Source: Halocafeteria seosinensis
Taxonomy: Eukaryota
Length of the DNA: 64,000 nt
Direction: 5' to 3'
Assembly (NCBI GenBank): GCA_001687465.1
Contig: LVLI01000233.1
Location: 1 to 64,000 of the forward strand
The first letter of the stretch is position 1. Each line of letters opens with the position of its first letter. Under the pieces are notes generated by a model that was given only the letters and a program-made list of their open reading frames with translations, searched no databases and was not told the origin of the DNA. Positions 1 through 11,500 of the stretch are shown piece by piece. The position numbers were made by a program, and so were the translations under genes.

Positions 1-433
1 GTGAAAAAAGTGATCCGAAATTTACACAATCTGGCAGTATAGAACGTGGGTAAAGTGAGCCATTCTATACGGACGCTGTTCTAATGGGTCTTTTGATGGG
101 TCGTACGTGCCTTCAATCGGACTTTTTTTGACGAAACTCGTAGCGTGTCATTACCCGTAGATCGTGACAATCATACGCATGTGGTGAAATCGCAGGCGGT
201 CCGTAAACCGAATGCGTATGGGCCCCCCAACTTGTTGACTATGGGCAGGTACCAAGTAGCAAACAGAACGAATAGAACTAAGAAAGACAACTGGTATATT
301 AAGATAGTATTGCCCCTACAATCCTTGTCTGCAAGGGATCATTGAATTGGACTCTGGGATTGGTGCTTGAAGGTGCTTTCCACGGTACTTTAAATATCTC
401 AAACCCGTTTCATTTCGGAGGATGTTTTGGCGA

Positions 434-517
434 GGTCGAGTGCCCGAGTGGTCTAAGGGGTCAGATTTAAGACCTGATGTGCGTAAGCACGCGTGGGTTC
501 GAACCCCACCTCGACCA
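434..517 (+). tRNA. tRNA-Leu, anticodon TAA, with long variable arm
   Basis: Acceptor stem GGTCGAG (434-440) pairs with CTCGACC (510-516), discriminator A517. D-loop AGTGGTCTAA, anticodon arm TCAGA-TTTAAGA-CCTGA, variable arm GTGCGTAAGCAC, T-arm GTGGG-TTCGAAC-CCCAC. Confidence 0.95.
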
Positions 518-533
518 TCACAAACGACCCGGA

Positions 534-539
534 TTTTTT
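534..539 (+). terminator. Probable RNA Pol III oligo-T terminator of the tRNA gene
   Basis: TTTTTT run 16 nt after the tRNA 3' end. Confidence 0.6.
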
Positions 540-613
540 GGCTGTTGGATAACTTCACAACGCTTTGAAAGCCGGATTTGATCTTTTTTTGCCCTTGTTT
601 TCGAGCCACAAAA

Positions 614-2220
614 ATGAGTGACCGAATGAATACTACACAGGGGACTCATCAGCATGAGAGCTTCTCCTTTCCCATGCTCAAGAACCAGGAGATCCTTGCG
701 TGCTTGAGCGAAATTAACATAAACTTGGATGACAATGCTGAGCAAAAGTTGTTAACGGCCGGGGGAGCGCGGCCCGAGACACTTCGACGTGTATATGAGG
801 TCCTCGTTTGCGAATGTCTGGATCTCACCATGGAGGAGCTATACCAGCCTAAGTTTGAAGGTCTTGATGCCCTCAAAAATCCAAGCTTGCATGATGATTC
901 CGTCGCTACCCTGCACTTTATACGGTCCATGTAAGGAGTGGTGGCGCCGGTGTTTGAAATATCGTGCCCCTGTCTTACGCTCTTTATATGTGCCATACAG
1001 GAATAAACTGTTAACAGCATGTGGCGTCAAAGAGGGTTTTCATATACGGGACTTAATTAAACCGGACCCGAAAAGGACGAGGCGCAATCTGTCGGCTATT
1101 ATTAATTTCCACAAGTTCCGGGAGGAAAGGCTGGCGGTGTATGCCCAATTCTCTGAGAAAGGGGTAAGCCAACTAACTAGTTTGAGCTACAATTCTTCTT
1201 CGCCTAAGAAGTATATATTTTTTTTTCTATTTTCCGTTCACACAGGAGGAATTAATGGGTAGACGGCGTCAACTCGAGGATGAAAAAGGTGAACTGGAGG
1301 AGGAATTACAGAAGCTAAAAGATGAGCGCGCAAGTGAACAACCCGAAGTAGACAGTCTGCAGAATGAATGCTCTGACCTGGAAAAGCGCATTGGAGAACT
1401 GAACAGAACCCAGGCTAAGTTAAAATCCCAAACGGAGGAACTCAAACGCGAAGCTAATGAAATCAAGACACAAACTCAAGCGGAAGCGTACGAAGTCGAG
1501 CAAAAGCAGGAAGAACTAGAGACATGCTCGAAACAAATAGTGGATGACCCAAGCTCTGAGAAGCAGCAAGTTTGGGAAGTGGAGCGGGCAGTGAAAAATG
1601 CCAGACAAGAAGTTCATGACTCCCAGAAAGCTCTGGATGATATCAAATCCCGTAATCAGCTTGCAACGACAGCCCTATCGCAGATGGAAGAAGTGATAGA
1701 GATGGCAAAGTCCGCAAAAGAAAAACAGGACGAACTAAACTCCCAGCAAACAGAGCTGAACAAAATCAAGTCTGAATATCAAGATATCGAAACAGAAATT
1801 GAACAAACGAGCGAGATGTTGCGTACTGTACGTAAACAGCACGATAAATGGGAATCAAAGCTACGAAACCTTCGCGAGAGTATGGAAGTAAAAGAGCGAG
1901 CGGCAGAAAAGGCCGCATCCTCTGGACGCCGGGAATTAAATGAGCTGAACAACGCCGCTCAGCAGGCCTTTGAAAAGCGTCAAGAAGCAGAAGAAAGAAT
2001 TAAAGAGATTGAAGACTCAGTCAAGAATGCACGAGAAAGGTATGATGAGGTCATGCAAGAGTTTAGCACAGCATGGAGGAAAATACAGTACGAAGTTGAG
2101 ACGTTCCATCGTCGTTTATTCAAGGGCATTGAGAACGTAAAAGAATTCCAGCAGCAGCAAAAGAATAGTTTTGTCAAAGATGAGAATTACCAGCACAATC
2201 AGAGTGGGTATGCTCTATAA
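614..2220 (+). CDS. NUF2: Kinetochore protein Nuf2 (3 exons; introns ~931-1000 and ~1164-1245)
   Basis: N-terminal FSFPMLKNQEILACLSE and DLIKPDPKRTRRNLSAIINFHKFREERL are typical of the Nuf2 CH domain, followed by a long coiled coil. GT-AG introns join the three ORFs in frame. Confidence 0.9.
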
Positions 2221-2765
2221 GTGCTTCGCTCCAAAATTGATGCAACCAAGTGTCATCTGTGACTAAACTTATGAAGTACAAGAACAACAACTCCTTCATA
2301 ATGAGCTCGTTCGTACAGAGATTTCCCCAATAGTTTCTAACAAAGTATTTTTTCCCCTTCGTTCGGCGTGAACAGTGTCTTTTCATCCATCAATGGCTGT
2401 TTTTGTCGTCAGACTCCACGAGTCAAAGAAAAAAAGTTGAAGCGGTGCGAGGGCAGAAGTCAGTGTCGTTTCCCTCCATTACGCCCCCGAGTAGAAAGAA
2501 GTCAGCTAGATTTGTGCGTTGAAACGAGGTGTGTAAATGGAGTGACCTTGTATGTGATAAAGGAAGGGTTTGAACAAGGACACAAGGGGGCAGAGAAACT
2601 GAATTAAACAAGTTGCGACTGCGTATTATTTAGATGGACGCGTTGATGGCTGTATAGAGGCCATTTTCATGGATCCTCGTCTCTGAGAGCACTTTTGTGG
2701 TTGTCTGCACGTGTGTGGTGTGGAACGAGGAACGCGAAAACTCCGTGTAACACTCTCTCTGCAAA

Positions 2766-5700
2766 ATGAGTGTACTTGGTCGCGACAGTGAGAAGTGGGG
2801 AGGTGAGAATATGGTGGTGTATGGAGGAAGGGCTACCCGCATCCTAAAGTACACCCGTACGCGAGAACAAGGCTCTAGTGCATTGAAGCAAAGTGATGAC
2901 GAAGGTACAATAGGGACAGAAGGAGAATATGCTTTCCCTGTTCACCCAAGTGATCCAAAGCTAAGGTATAATGGCTTCCCAGAAGACGAGCAAGATAGTG
3001 ACTCGTCCCGTATGAATCCAACAGATTCCAGCCTGAATCAGTGGGATTATCAAAACATGCAGCACAAACTCTCGCCAGAGGAGCAACCGTGGAGGACTTC
3101 GATACAAAACTCCCCCGCTAGCGTGACTCCGACGGTCCAATCTTTAGAATCGATTGCATCATCGATTGCATCCTATGATGCTCTGCGTCCGTCCCCACAC
3201 TATGATTACTGGGCTCAAGGCACTCCACAAAGACAAAGAGGAAATTCGCTCTCTCAGCACTCGGACTCGGTGTGTTCTACATTCTCGCCGACCGTAAGTT
3301 GCTGCCAGACTGACCCTGGTGCTGCTACAGGACGTGATCCTGTCGATGCATCTGCCATGGGTAGTGCCGAAAGACCGATGAAGGCACTGAACCAGGATCC
3401 TCTGGGGGAATTGTATGATTGGTCGTTTCACCAGCCATCTGGCCAGCGAACAATAGCTAACCGTAACTTACATAGTACGGATGGAGTCCCGAATGACACA
3501 ATAACTGTCAATGTGTCCCATCAAAGAGGCAAGTCCAATTGCAGCTTCCGTCAGGTAAAGCATACCCCTTCGTCTGGAAACAGTGACGTATGTGACGGCT
3601 ATTTCAGCAAGGCGCTGAAGGATGTATTGGGTAGTTTTCGACTGAGTAAGAGGGAAGGTGAATACAACTTCTCACGATATGTTTCCGACATGCATGGTTC
3701 TGTCCGAGACATACGATTTCTGGACGAATCGAATCAGCCTAGGAAACATTCAGGTCGCATTCGCTCGGCTGTCTTCGTCCAAGGAGCTCAGCAACGAATT
3801 CAGATCAGCCTCTTAGCCAGCATTACCAGACTCCCGGGAGTTGTAATTGCTCTACCGTGCGCGCACTGTATGATGAAGCGGACAAAATGCAATACGATAG
3901 AAGGGGTGACACTCCTGCTCAGAATGGTGACCGAGTATATGGGAAAGAAAGGCGGTCCTCTTCCGATAGCAGCAGTCTCCATGACAAAATACCTTTGGGC
4001 CATGATGGCCTCAGCTCTGCGCATAGGATCCGGAGGAGAAGTGACCAGGCTGAGCGTATACAAGAATTGTTGGCGGAGAAGCTCCCCTCTCAGAGTCAAA
4101 ACGATGCGCAATTTCGTCCCGATTCCTCAGAACATGATGATACCAATGTAGCAGACAGACATTTGGGCAGAGAGGTGGAGAACGCAATCGCTGAAGCACA
4201 TCGTGTGTCGTCTGAGAAACAATTCATTTCCCGCCGCTCACAGGAGCTGGAGCTTATTCCCTCGGTGGAACTAAAGCCTGGTGTAAGTCCGCATTCCATT
4301 GATGTCGGTCAAGAGCTAATGAGTTACCCAATTGCCATTTGGGAAGGTGTTCTCGACCATGAGCATATTCAATTCCCCTCTGAACTTCTAGAAATCACTA
4401 GTTTTTGCAAGCGACACCAAAGTGTATGCGCGGATGTACAGTACCAGGATGCTGATTGTGAGGGCTGGGATACGCGGCGTCTTTCCGTTGCGCGCCAGCC
4501 TTTAAAGATGTTCCTTTCTCATCTCAAGCGTTGCAGTGAAGGCCTAGGTCCTGTACTGACAGTCGCTGACGACGTTTCTGTTGAATCGTTGGGCACTACT
4601 TGTGGAACGTCGTTTGTGGCAAATCCATTTTACGTTGCTGGTAATCATGCTGATGAACTAGACTGCAAAAGTATCTTGACCAAAATGAAGCGATATAAGA
4701 ATCGTCACAAGGAGCATATTGACGAGTTCTACCAGCAAATTCAGCGGCGCAAAATAAACCCAAAGCAATCCTCACTGTCAGCTCCCTATATCACTCCCGA
4801 GATGGCAGTATACTGGGTTTTGGATGAGCTGCCTAAACCCCCTGTTCGATATTGCGTAAACGTTGATTTGGATAACCAACAAGAATGGGGACAAGAGCTC
4901 AAGGTTATGAAGAAGCATCTGCCTTCCTGGGTGTGGTGCCGCGATGAACTTGATATCATGAGCCACATAAGACAACCAGTACCAGGAATGAACCAGCCCC
5001 AGATATACTTAAAAACGCCAGGGGCCTGGACGGGTTGTCATGAAGAGAACTTACGGTTCCATAGTGTAAATATCTGCCACGGTCCGGATCCTAGCGAGTG
5101 GATGGCCATAACTGAGGAGTACGCTCCACGTCTTCGAGAGCTTGTTTGGGAAGAATTTGAAATGGATATTTACAGAAACGAAGGCTGCTACCTTCCACCA
5201 GTGGAGTTTTGTCGGAAACACGGAATTCCTGTGTTGAGAGGCGTTCAGAATGCTGGTGATATGATATGCCTTAACGGCGGGACACTGCACTGGGTACGGT
5301 CCTTCGGTGTATCCGTGCATTCAAGCTGGAACATTGGTCCCTGGCAGGAATCGACGCTACGTTCTGCTTGTGTTAGACGTTCTATAAACAATGGCATCAC
5401 CCCTCCGCTTCCGAGTCTTATTCCAATGCAAACACTTTGCCTCGACCTCTCAAGGGCCGTAGTAGACTCGTTGCAAAGCCTAGACAATTTTCCCAACTCA
5501 AGGCTTCCAGCTAACGTACACAATGCGGTAGTCCATTTGACCAACTATAATCCAACGGGGCTCCGCGATTTGGTCGCTCGTTTGCAGTTTGAACTTGCTA
5601 GCAGTATAGAGAAGGAGGCATGTTACTTCAGCGCGGGAATGAGATCGCTGAGACCATGCCAGAAAGAGCCTCCCGGATCTGATGTTTTCCGGTGTCAGAA

Positions 5701-6184
5701 TAATAAATGCAACGCGGAAATATTCCTTTATTATTCCTTCTGTGAAACGTGTGCCAATTGTATCGAATCTGAGGAAAACGGAACGCAATCGTTTGTAGCA
5801 CCTGCTCCGGGAAGAACCGATGGTCCAATCGAAGTGCATTCGCAGTTCTGCGTTCCCTCCTTGGAAGCACTTCCGAGTGGGAACAAACGTCGAATGGAAC
5901 ATCCTGATAGCACCATCAATCCATACAGTCTAGACGGAAAGCAGATTGATGCATTTCTTCGTCGACGACTGAAACAGCACAAGCGCCGTAAACTCAACGA
6001 GAACACCCGGCATATCTGTAGTCCAATCATGTGCGTTCCATGTGGACTGAGTCATTCCTCGCGGGTGCAAGGTGAGCATAGGCTTCACTTTCTTAAGAAG
6101 GAAGAACTGGAAGAAATTTGTAAATCTTATTGTCAATTAGTGACGTTATGGGATAGATTTTCTAGCAACTTTAGTTCCCCGTAG
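2766..6184 (+). CDS. KDM6 (UTX/JMJD3)-like JmjC histone demethylase with C-terminal Zn-binding region. The low-complexity N-terminal exon is probably joined by an intron (candidate 3555-3742).
   Basis: ORF 3857-6184 contains VNVDLDNQQEW...SHIRQPVPGMNQPQIYLKTPGAWTGCHEENLRFHSVNICHGPDPSEW...TLHWVRS...SWNIGP, collinear with the KDM6 JmjC domain (H-x-E...H iron ligands), then Cys clusters. That frame is open from 3743. The join to ORF 2766 is inferred. Confidence 0.8.
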
Positions 6185-6534
6185 TTCCTACCTATGCTAA
6201 AATGCACTGACTCCAGTCCCTGTTCATGCTCTGGGTATTTTGATTTCCCATTCTCCGACCAAATTCATAAATGTTTAGATCCCATATCTCCTGTTCTACG
6301 CGTCTGATACCACCTAAGGAATCAATCCCAGCCATCGAGTCTGCCAGGCTATATTGTGATTCAGTCGGGCTGTTTGACGGTTTTACTCTTGGATAACCCA
6401 CCACCACGCGGCGGACCACCAACCGCCCACGCGGCATGAAGTTCTTTGAACATTCTTTCTCCCATGGATCAAACTCAGAAAGAGTTGTTGTGAGGTAATT
6501 TCGCGTATAAGTACGTACCAACACAAGAGCCAAA

Positions 6535-8586
6535 ATGGAGGACCGCATGGATGAAAGAGTCCGAATTCTGTGCTCCGTGAGCGCCCATGAATTCGGGGTA
6601 AAATGCATCGAGCCATGCGGCAGTGGCCATGCTATTAGCGCCTCTCCTGATCGAACGCTTAAGGTATGGGATGTCCGAAAAGGCAAACCAATGAGTGTAT
6701 TCAAATGCGCAAGCAAGTCGTCCCTTGGGAAGGCTACAGTTTGTTGCATGAAAGCGATAGACAATCGAACCTTTGTTGTCGGTTGGACTGACGGCCAAAT
6801 ACGGGTCTATGATGCCAAGAATGGACAGCTGATAAAGCATGTTGGAGGATCCGCAAGGAAGCGAAATGAAGTTACTTCCATTGTCATCGATGATAACAAG
6901 GGCGCTCGAGACCGCGTTTGCGTCGGGTACGCAGACGGGTTAGTATCAATAATTGAGCTGCGAGGAGGAGCAGCGCCCATTTACTTACAAGCCCACACCG
7001 ATGTAGTTACCAGTTTACTAGTACTTGACGATAAACTTATTTCAGCCTCATTCGATGGAGCTGTTCGCTCATGGGACCTGCACTCGGGAAAGCAGTTTAA
7101 TGAAGGCAAGCCTCTGCTGCAACATGAAAATGACTCGAAAGGACTTTTGGAGGAAGTTCGAGGAGAAATCTTTGCAACAGGGTGTTCCAAAAGACCTGTC
7201 GTATACTTGGTGCAGGCACATACGGGGAAAATTCTCAATAGGCTTACGGCGATTTGCACAGGTATTTCCGTCATCAAAGTTGTATCCCCGAGAGTATTAG
7301 CAGCGGGAGCGGAGGATGGAGTTGTCCAAACGTGGGACCTGGAAAAGGACAAACCTCTACATATTCTATCAGGACACCACTCCCAAATCAGAGCTATAGA
7401 AGTCATCAAAGAGGATGTAATATTGACAGGAGCTCATGGGGGTGATGCCAGAGTCTGGAACGTTCTCAGTGGTGATTGTTTATTATCGTTTACAGGGTTT
7501 ATGGAAGAATACCTCTCTGCCTCTGCTGTTATTTATCCCGGGGTTTGGGCAGCAGGCTACAGCGATGGATACCTTCATATATGGGATATGCGATTAGCAT
7601 TAGACATGGAGGGAGGCCCGATACCTAAACCACATTTCACAAAGGCCTGGAAGAAAAAGTCTTCCCAGAAACTGCTTAAGGGTCATAAAGAAATAGGAGG
7701 AAGCCGAGCATCCTCGGTCTTTGATGTAGTAGACAACGATGCACAATCCGTTTCCGAGGTTTCAGACGATGATGGAAGAAGATACTCGTTCGTAGAAGCT
7801 CCAGAAGAGATCTCGGTGTGGTACCATCGTAACGGGAGTGTTGAGGATGTTGTACTGCCTCACGAGCTTAAGGAGGTAGATTTCATCCAGAGGTCGTTTG
7901 CTTTGGTACAGCAAGTACTGTATACTTGTGCCCATTACGCTTCGACAAAGGGATACATTGCAACATTTTCCTCAGTGCCAACTATTCCTGAGCTGATCGC
8001 CCATTTGACCGACGTGGGCAACGCTTATGGTCTTGCGTCTTGGCTCTACGCCGAAACCTCCTCAGGAAAGAACATATCGGGAATATCCAATGAAATTCAG
8101 TACCATTTGGAAGATGTCAAGAAGGAATATGAAGCCACTCAGAGAAAGTTAGCTCTAGGCGAGCGATGTAGCGGGAGGCTGGCGGTGCGGGTCTTTCGGG
8201 TGACGTCTGTTTTGATCTTGTCCGTAAACAAGTATATGGAGGGAGAGCTTAAGTCTGTCATGAGTAATATGTCCATACTGTATGAAACATACAAGTTCGT
8301 GAAACAAAGGGTGAGTGCGGCGCGGACAGAGGGTAGGTCTTCGCCTGCTTCGGGTGGGCCTCAGCTGCTGTCAGCTGCTTCCTTCTTGGGGAAGGAGGAG
8401 GTCAGGAACCTACAGCAGTTTGCCACAGAGCAGATACCAACAAGAGTGAGAGAGCGTAGAGACAGTGTCACTAAGCACAAATCATTTGCTTCCTTTTCCC
8501 CTAAGAAAAAAGAAGAGGTACCTATCTGGGGTACCTCGGCTTCTACTAACCAGGATCTGCATCGGGCACATTCATTGCTATATTAA
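6535..8586 (+). CDS. WD40-repeat protein with an uncharacterised C-terminal helical region
   Basis: Repeated GH/WD motifs (SASPDRTLKVWD, AHTDVVTSLL...SASFDGAVRSWD, GHHSQIRAI...ARVWN) in a 683-aa ORF. Confidence 0.88.
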   Translation: MEDRMDERVRILCSVSAHEFGVKCIEPCGSGHAISASPDRTLKVWDVRKGKPMSVFKCASKSSLGKATVCCMKAIDNRTFVVGWTDGQIRVYDAKNGQLIKHVGGSARKRNEVTSIVIDDNKGARDRVCVGYADGLVSIIELRGGAAPIYLQAHTDVVTSLLVLDDKLISASFDGAVRSWDLHSGKQFNEGKPLLQHENDSKGLLEEVRGEIFATGCSKRPVVYLVQAHTGKILNRLTAICTGISVIKVVSPRVLAAGAEDGVVQTWDLEKDKPLHILSGHHSQIRAIEVIKEDVILTGAHGGDARVWNVLSGDCLLSFTGFMEEYLSASAVIYPGVWAAGYSDGYLHIWDMRLALDMEGGPIPKPHFTKAWKKKSSQKLLKGHKEIGGSRASSVFDVVDNDAQSVSEVSDDDGRRYSFVEAPEEISVWYHRNGSVEDVVLPHELKEVDFIQRSFALVQQVLYTCAHYASTKGYIATFSSVPTIPELIAHLTDVGNAYGLASWLYAETSSGKNISGISNEIQYHLEDVKKEYEATQRKLALGERCSGRLAVRVFRVTSVLILSVNKYMEGELKSVMSNMSILYETYKFVKQRVSAARTEGRSSPASGGPQLLSAASFLGKEEVRNLQQFATEQIPTRVRERRDSVTKHKSFASFSPKKKEEVPIWGTSASTNQDLHRAHSLLY

Positions 8587-11500
8587 TTGTTTTTCCGGGC
8601 TTCGACGGAAGGAACCCAGAGAGATTGGAGCATCGGGGGACTCCTTTGGACTGTAGTTTTGGCCTTCTCCCGTTCTTCGTTTCTTTCTATCATGCATTTC
8701 CTTGATAATCAATTCGACTATTTTCCAATTAAGTGTTTGCTGGAATATCTTTTCGTCCATGTCCTTTGGAATTATCTTTTTCCGTAGTGATTTTCCCTGA
8801 TCCATAACAGCGAAGCAACCCATAGTATGTGGAACCTAGACTTACGTATCGCATTCACGGCAAGTTTCATACCTGATAAAAATGCTCCAAAGGCGCTCTG
8901 ATTTGGTGCTTCACTTTTTCACTAAGTGTGTACGTTTCCTTATACATAGCTTTTCCTATTCTCACAATTCCATTGAACTGAGAATCATTTAACCTGATCA
9001 AGACGGAGGAGGCAGAGTCAGTGTACTCCAGTGGCGGATAAATTTCTTTGGATTCCAAAGCCCTGCATAGTGTCTCCAGCGTGGTCCTAGGAGAGTAGGA
9101 CACATATACAGGTGGGCCAAACATACCTCTTGAGAATTTCGAGAGGATATGGGCGTTCCGCGTCACTCTTGGCTCCTTTGCCTTTCCTCAATGCAACCAA
9201 CACTTCGTGAGGAGGAGGACCTTTCATGAGCGGCAAACGAAACGCTCCACGCTGTACATAGCCATGTGCGTGGATGTCCAAGACGGGTAAAAGAGTCCAT
9301 CCATAAGGCTCCAAGTTAATGTCGTATTGCTCCAACAGGGAGTGGTCCAGATACCTATCCCTCCCGAGCTTGTAAATATCGCTTAAGTATGGCTTTAGTG
9401 CCTCCACAAGTTTAACATCCCTGGTTTGCTCTATAGATGCGGTTTGTTTGCGCTTTGATATCTTCGACAGAGATACGGAACGAACGTCTAGAATAACAGT
9501 TAGTCGTCCATCCAGAGGAAGATTGGAATATTTGACCTGGAAGGAAATGTGATGTCAACCCTAGTAGCTGGAACTTGACCAAGTTGCAGGAACTTACAAA
9601 GTGTTCCTCAAACGCTTGATGTTTTTGATTGCTATCCCATTTACGCACGATCGTCATCCCCACGTCTGCGTAGGACAGCTTCAACCTCTTTAAAGAACCA
9701 CACGACACAACAAAGCAACTTACTCTTCATATCCCCATCCCGCGAATAGAGCGGGCACATGGGCGCCATACAGTGGAATACAACAATTAGGCCAGCACGC
9801 TTGTCCACATTTTGTACCCCATCCACGGAAATTTGGATTCCCTCCTGCACAAGCAACGCGGTAAACCTACAGCAAACAACTCGACCTACCGCGGAGGGCT
9901 TACTTTGCGATCGAACGGAACAGCAAATCGGTAATCAATCATTTTCGTCGGATTCCCTCGCAATCGCATTTTTACCCAACGAGCTAACACTTCATCGTCC
10001 GATTCGGGAGGTGGCGGGATACCGAAGGTTCCGTTCTCAATTTGTTCAGGATTGGCGGTCATCTCAGGACGAATGATGGCTGCAATACGACAGAGAGACT
10101 TTACTTGTCACTCTAGAGCGACACCACATGTACAATCTTCACTTACGAGCGTCTGAATTATCCGAATTAGCGCGTTCTACGAGACTACGTGCAGCGGCAT
10201 CATACTTGCTCTGTTATGGAGCCAGAAAGTATGTGTGAAGCAATGCAGATAGTGGAAGCAATGGGACATACTTGAAGGAAATTTCTGACAGTTATCATCC
10301 CACTGTTACAGCGTTTTGGGTAAAGCGCCAATTCCGCCGGTGGTGGGCGACAACGAGATGAGTCATATGCTCCTGCAAAGAGGGTAGATAAAAGTGCACT
10401 GCACGCGTTCAGAGGAGTGAGGGCAGCATACCTGTGGAATATTCTGGCGGTTCTACGAGCAATCCAACATGCTCCCACTCTTCTCGCGGAACAGACTTGC
10501 GAGTGGGCGCCAAGAGCTGGTCGGGCTTGTCGACGGGAACTGCTGCCCCGTTCCCACTTCTGAACGTGCTACTTCCAGAGGAAACACTTTCTCTGTCTTT
10601 GCTTCTGCTGACCGGGTTTTTTATCCACTCATTTTGCTCCCTCAGAACAGGCACTACACGTGCGGTGATGGAAGCACAAGGCACCCGAGCCGCTGTTTCG
10701 TGCATTATAGTTGCAGCGAGAGGATATTTTTTGCTTGGAGGTCCTTGGAATAGAGGAATCTGGAAAGCTCCAGCGTTGAGCGTAACATCCTCCCATGTTG
10801 TTTGTTCGTACGTTGGTTGATCTTGGTTAGTCGTCGCCTCCGCACTACAGAACAGGTTGAGTAAACCATAGCCAGCAACCTGAACACAGGACGGCTAATA
10901 TAGTAAGACGGGAAGGACAGGCTATGCCGGTTCCACGTACCTCAGGCTGCCACGAATATCGGTCAATGGCATCGATTCTAACGATTAGAGTCATTGTTGC
11001 ATCGAATGGGGGCACCTGTGACGAATCTTCCTTATCGTTGTCGTACTCGCTTCTGAATGCCGCATATGCACTATACTCAGGACATTTCAGAGGGCTGTCT
11101 AACGCGCAAGTTGCCTCCACGGTCTTTCCAATGGGACTAAAATCTTGCGTTAAAGCTCTAATTACTACCTGTATACGAATAAGTACATTGTATGTACCCT
11201 GCTTTCCTCGAACTCCGTAGGCCTACATACCTTGGTAATAGTACAATTATCAGGCAGGAATCGGGCACTATCCACATACACATCGAATCCATCTCCCTGT
11301 TAATAGAGGACATCGACATTGTAAACTGAACACTAACTAATCACATGGGTCAAATCACGTACAGATCTCAAGAACACTTCTTGTGGGGCTCTAGGTGGTG
11401 TGTTAATGAAGGAATTCTGTCCCTTGAAATCTTCCAGTGAGTCCTTCGATGATTTCCGATGGTGCAAACTAAGCTTCCTGGAGGACAAATTAGAATTCAT

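Noticed and set aside
3743..4151. Overlap of ORFs 2766-4151 and 3857-6184 read as a programmed frameshift or pseudogene
   Set aside because: A phase-compatible GT-AG intron (3555-3742) explains the frame change more simply, though it is unconfirmed.
6192..6764. 190-aa minus-strand ORF overlapping the WD40 start
   Set aside because: Partly antisense to a clear gene, with no family resemblance.
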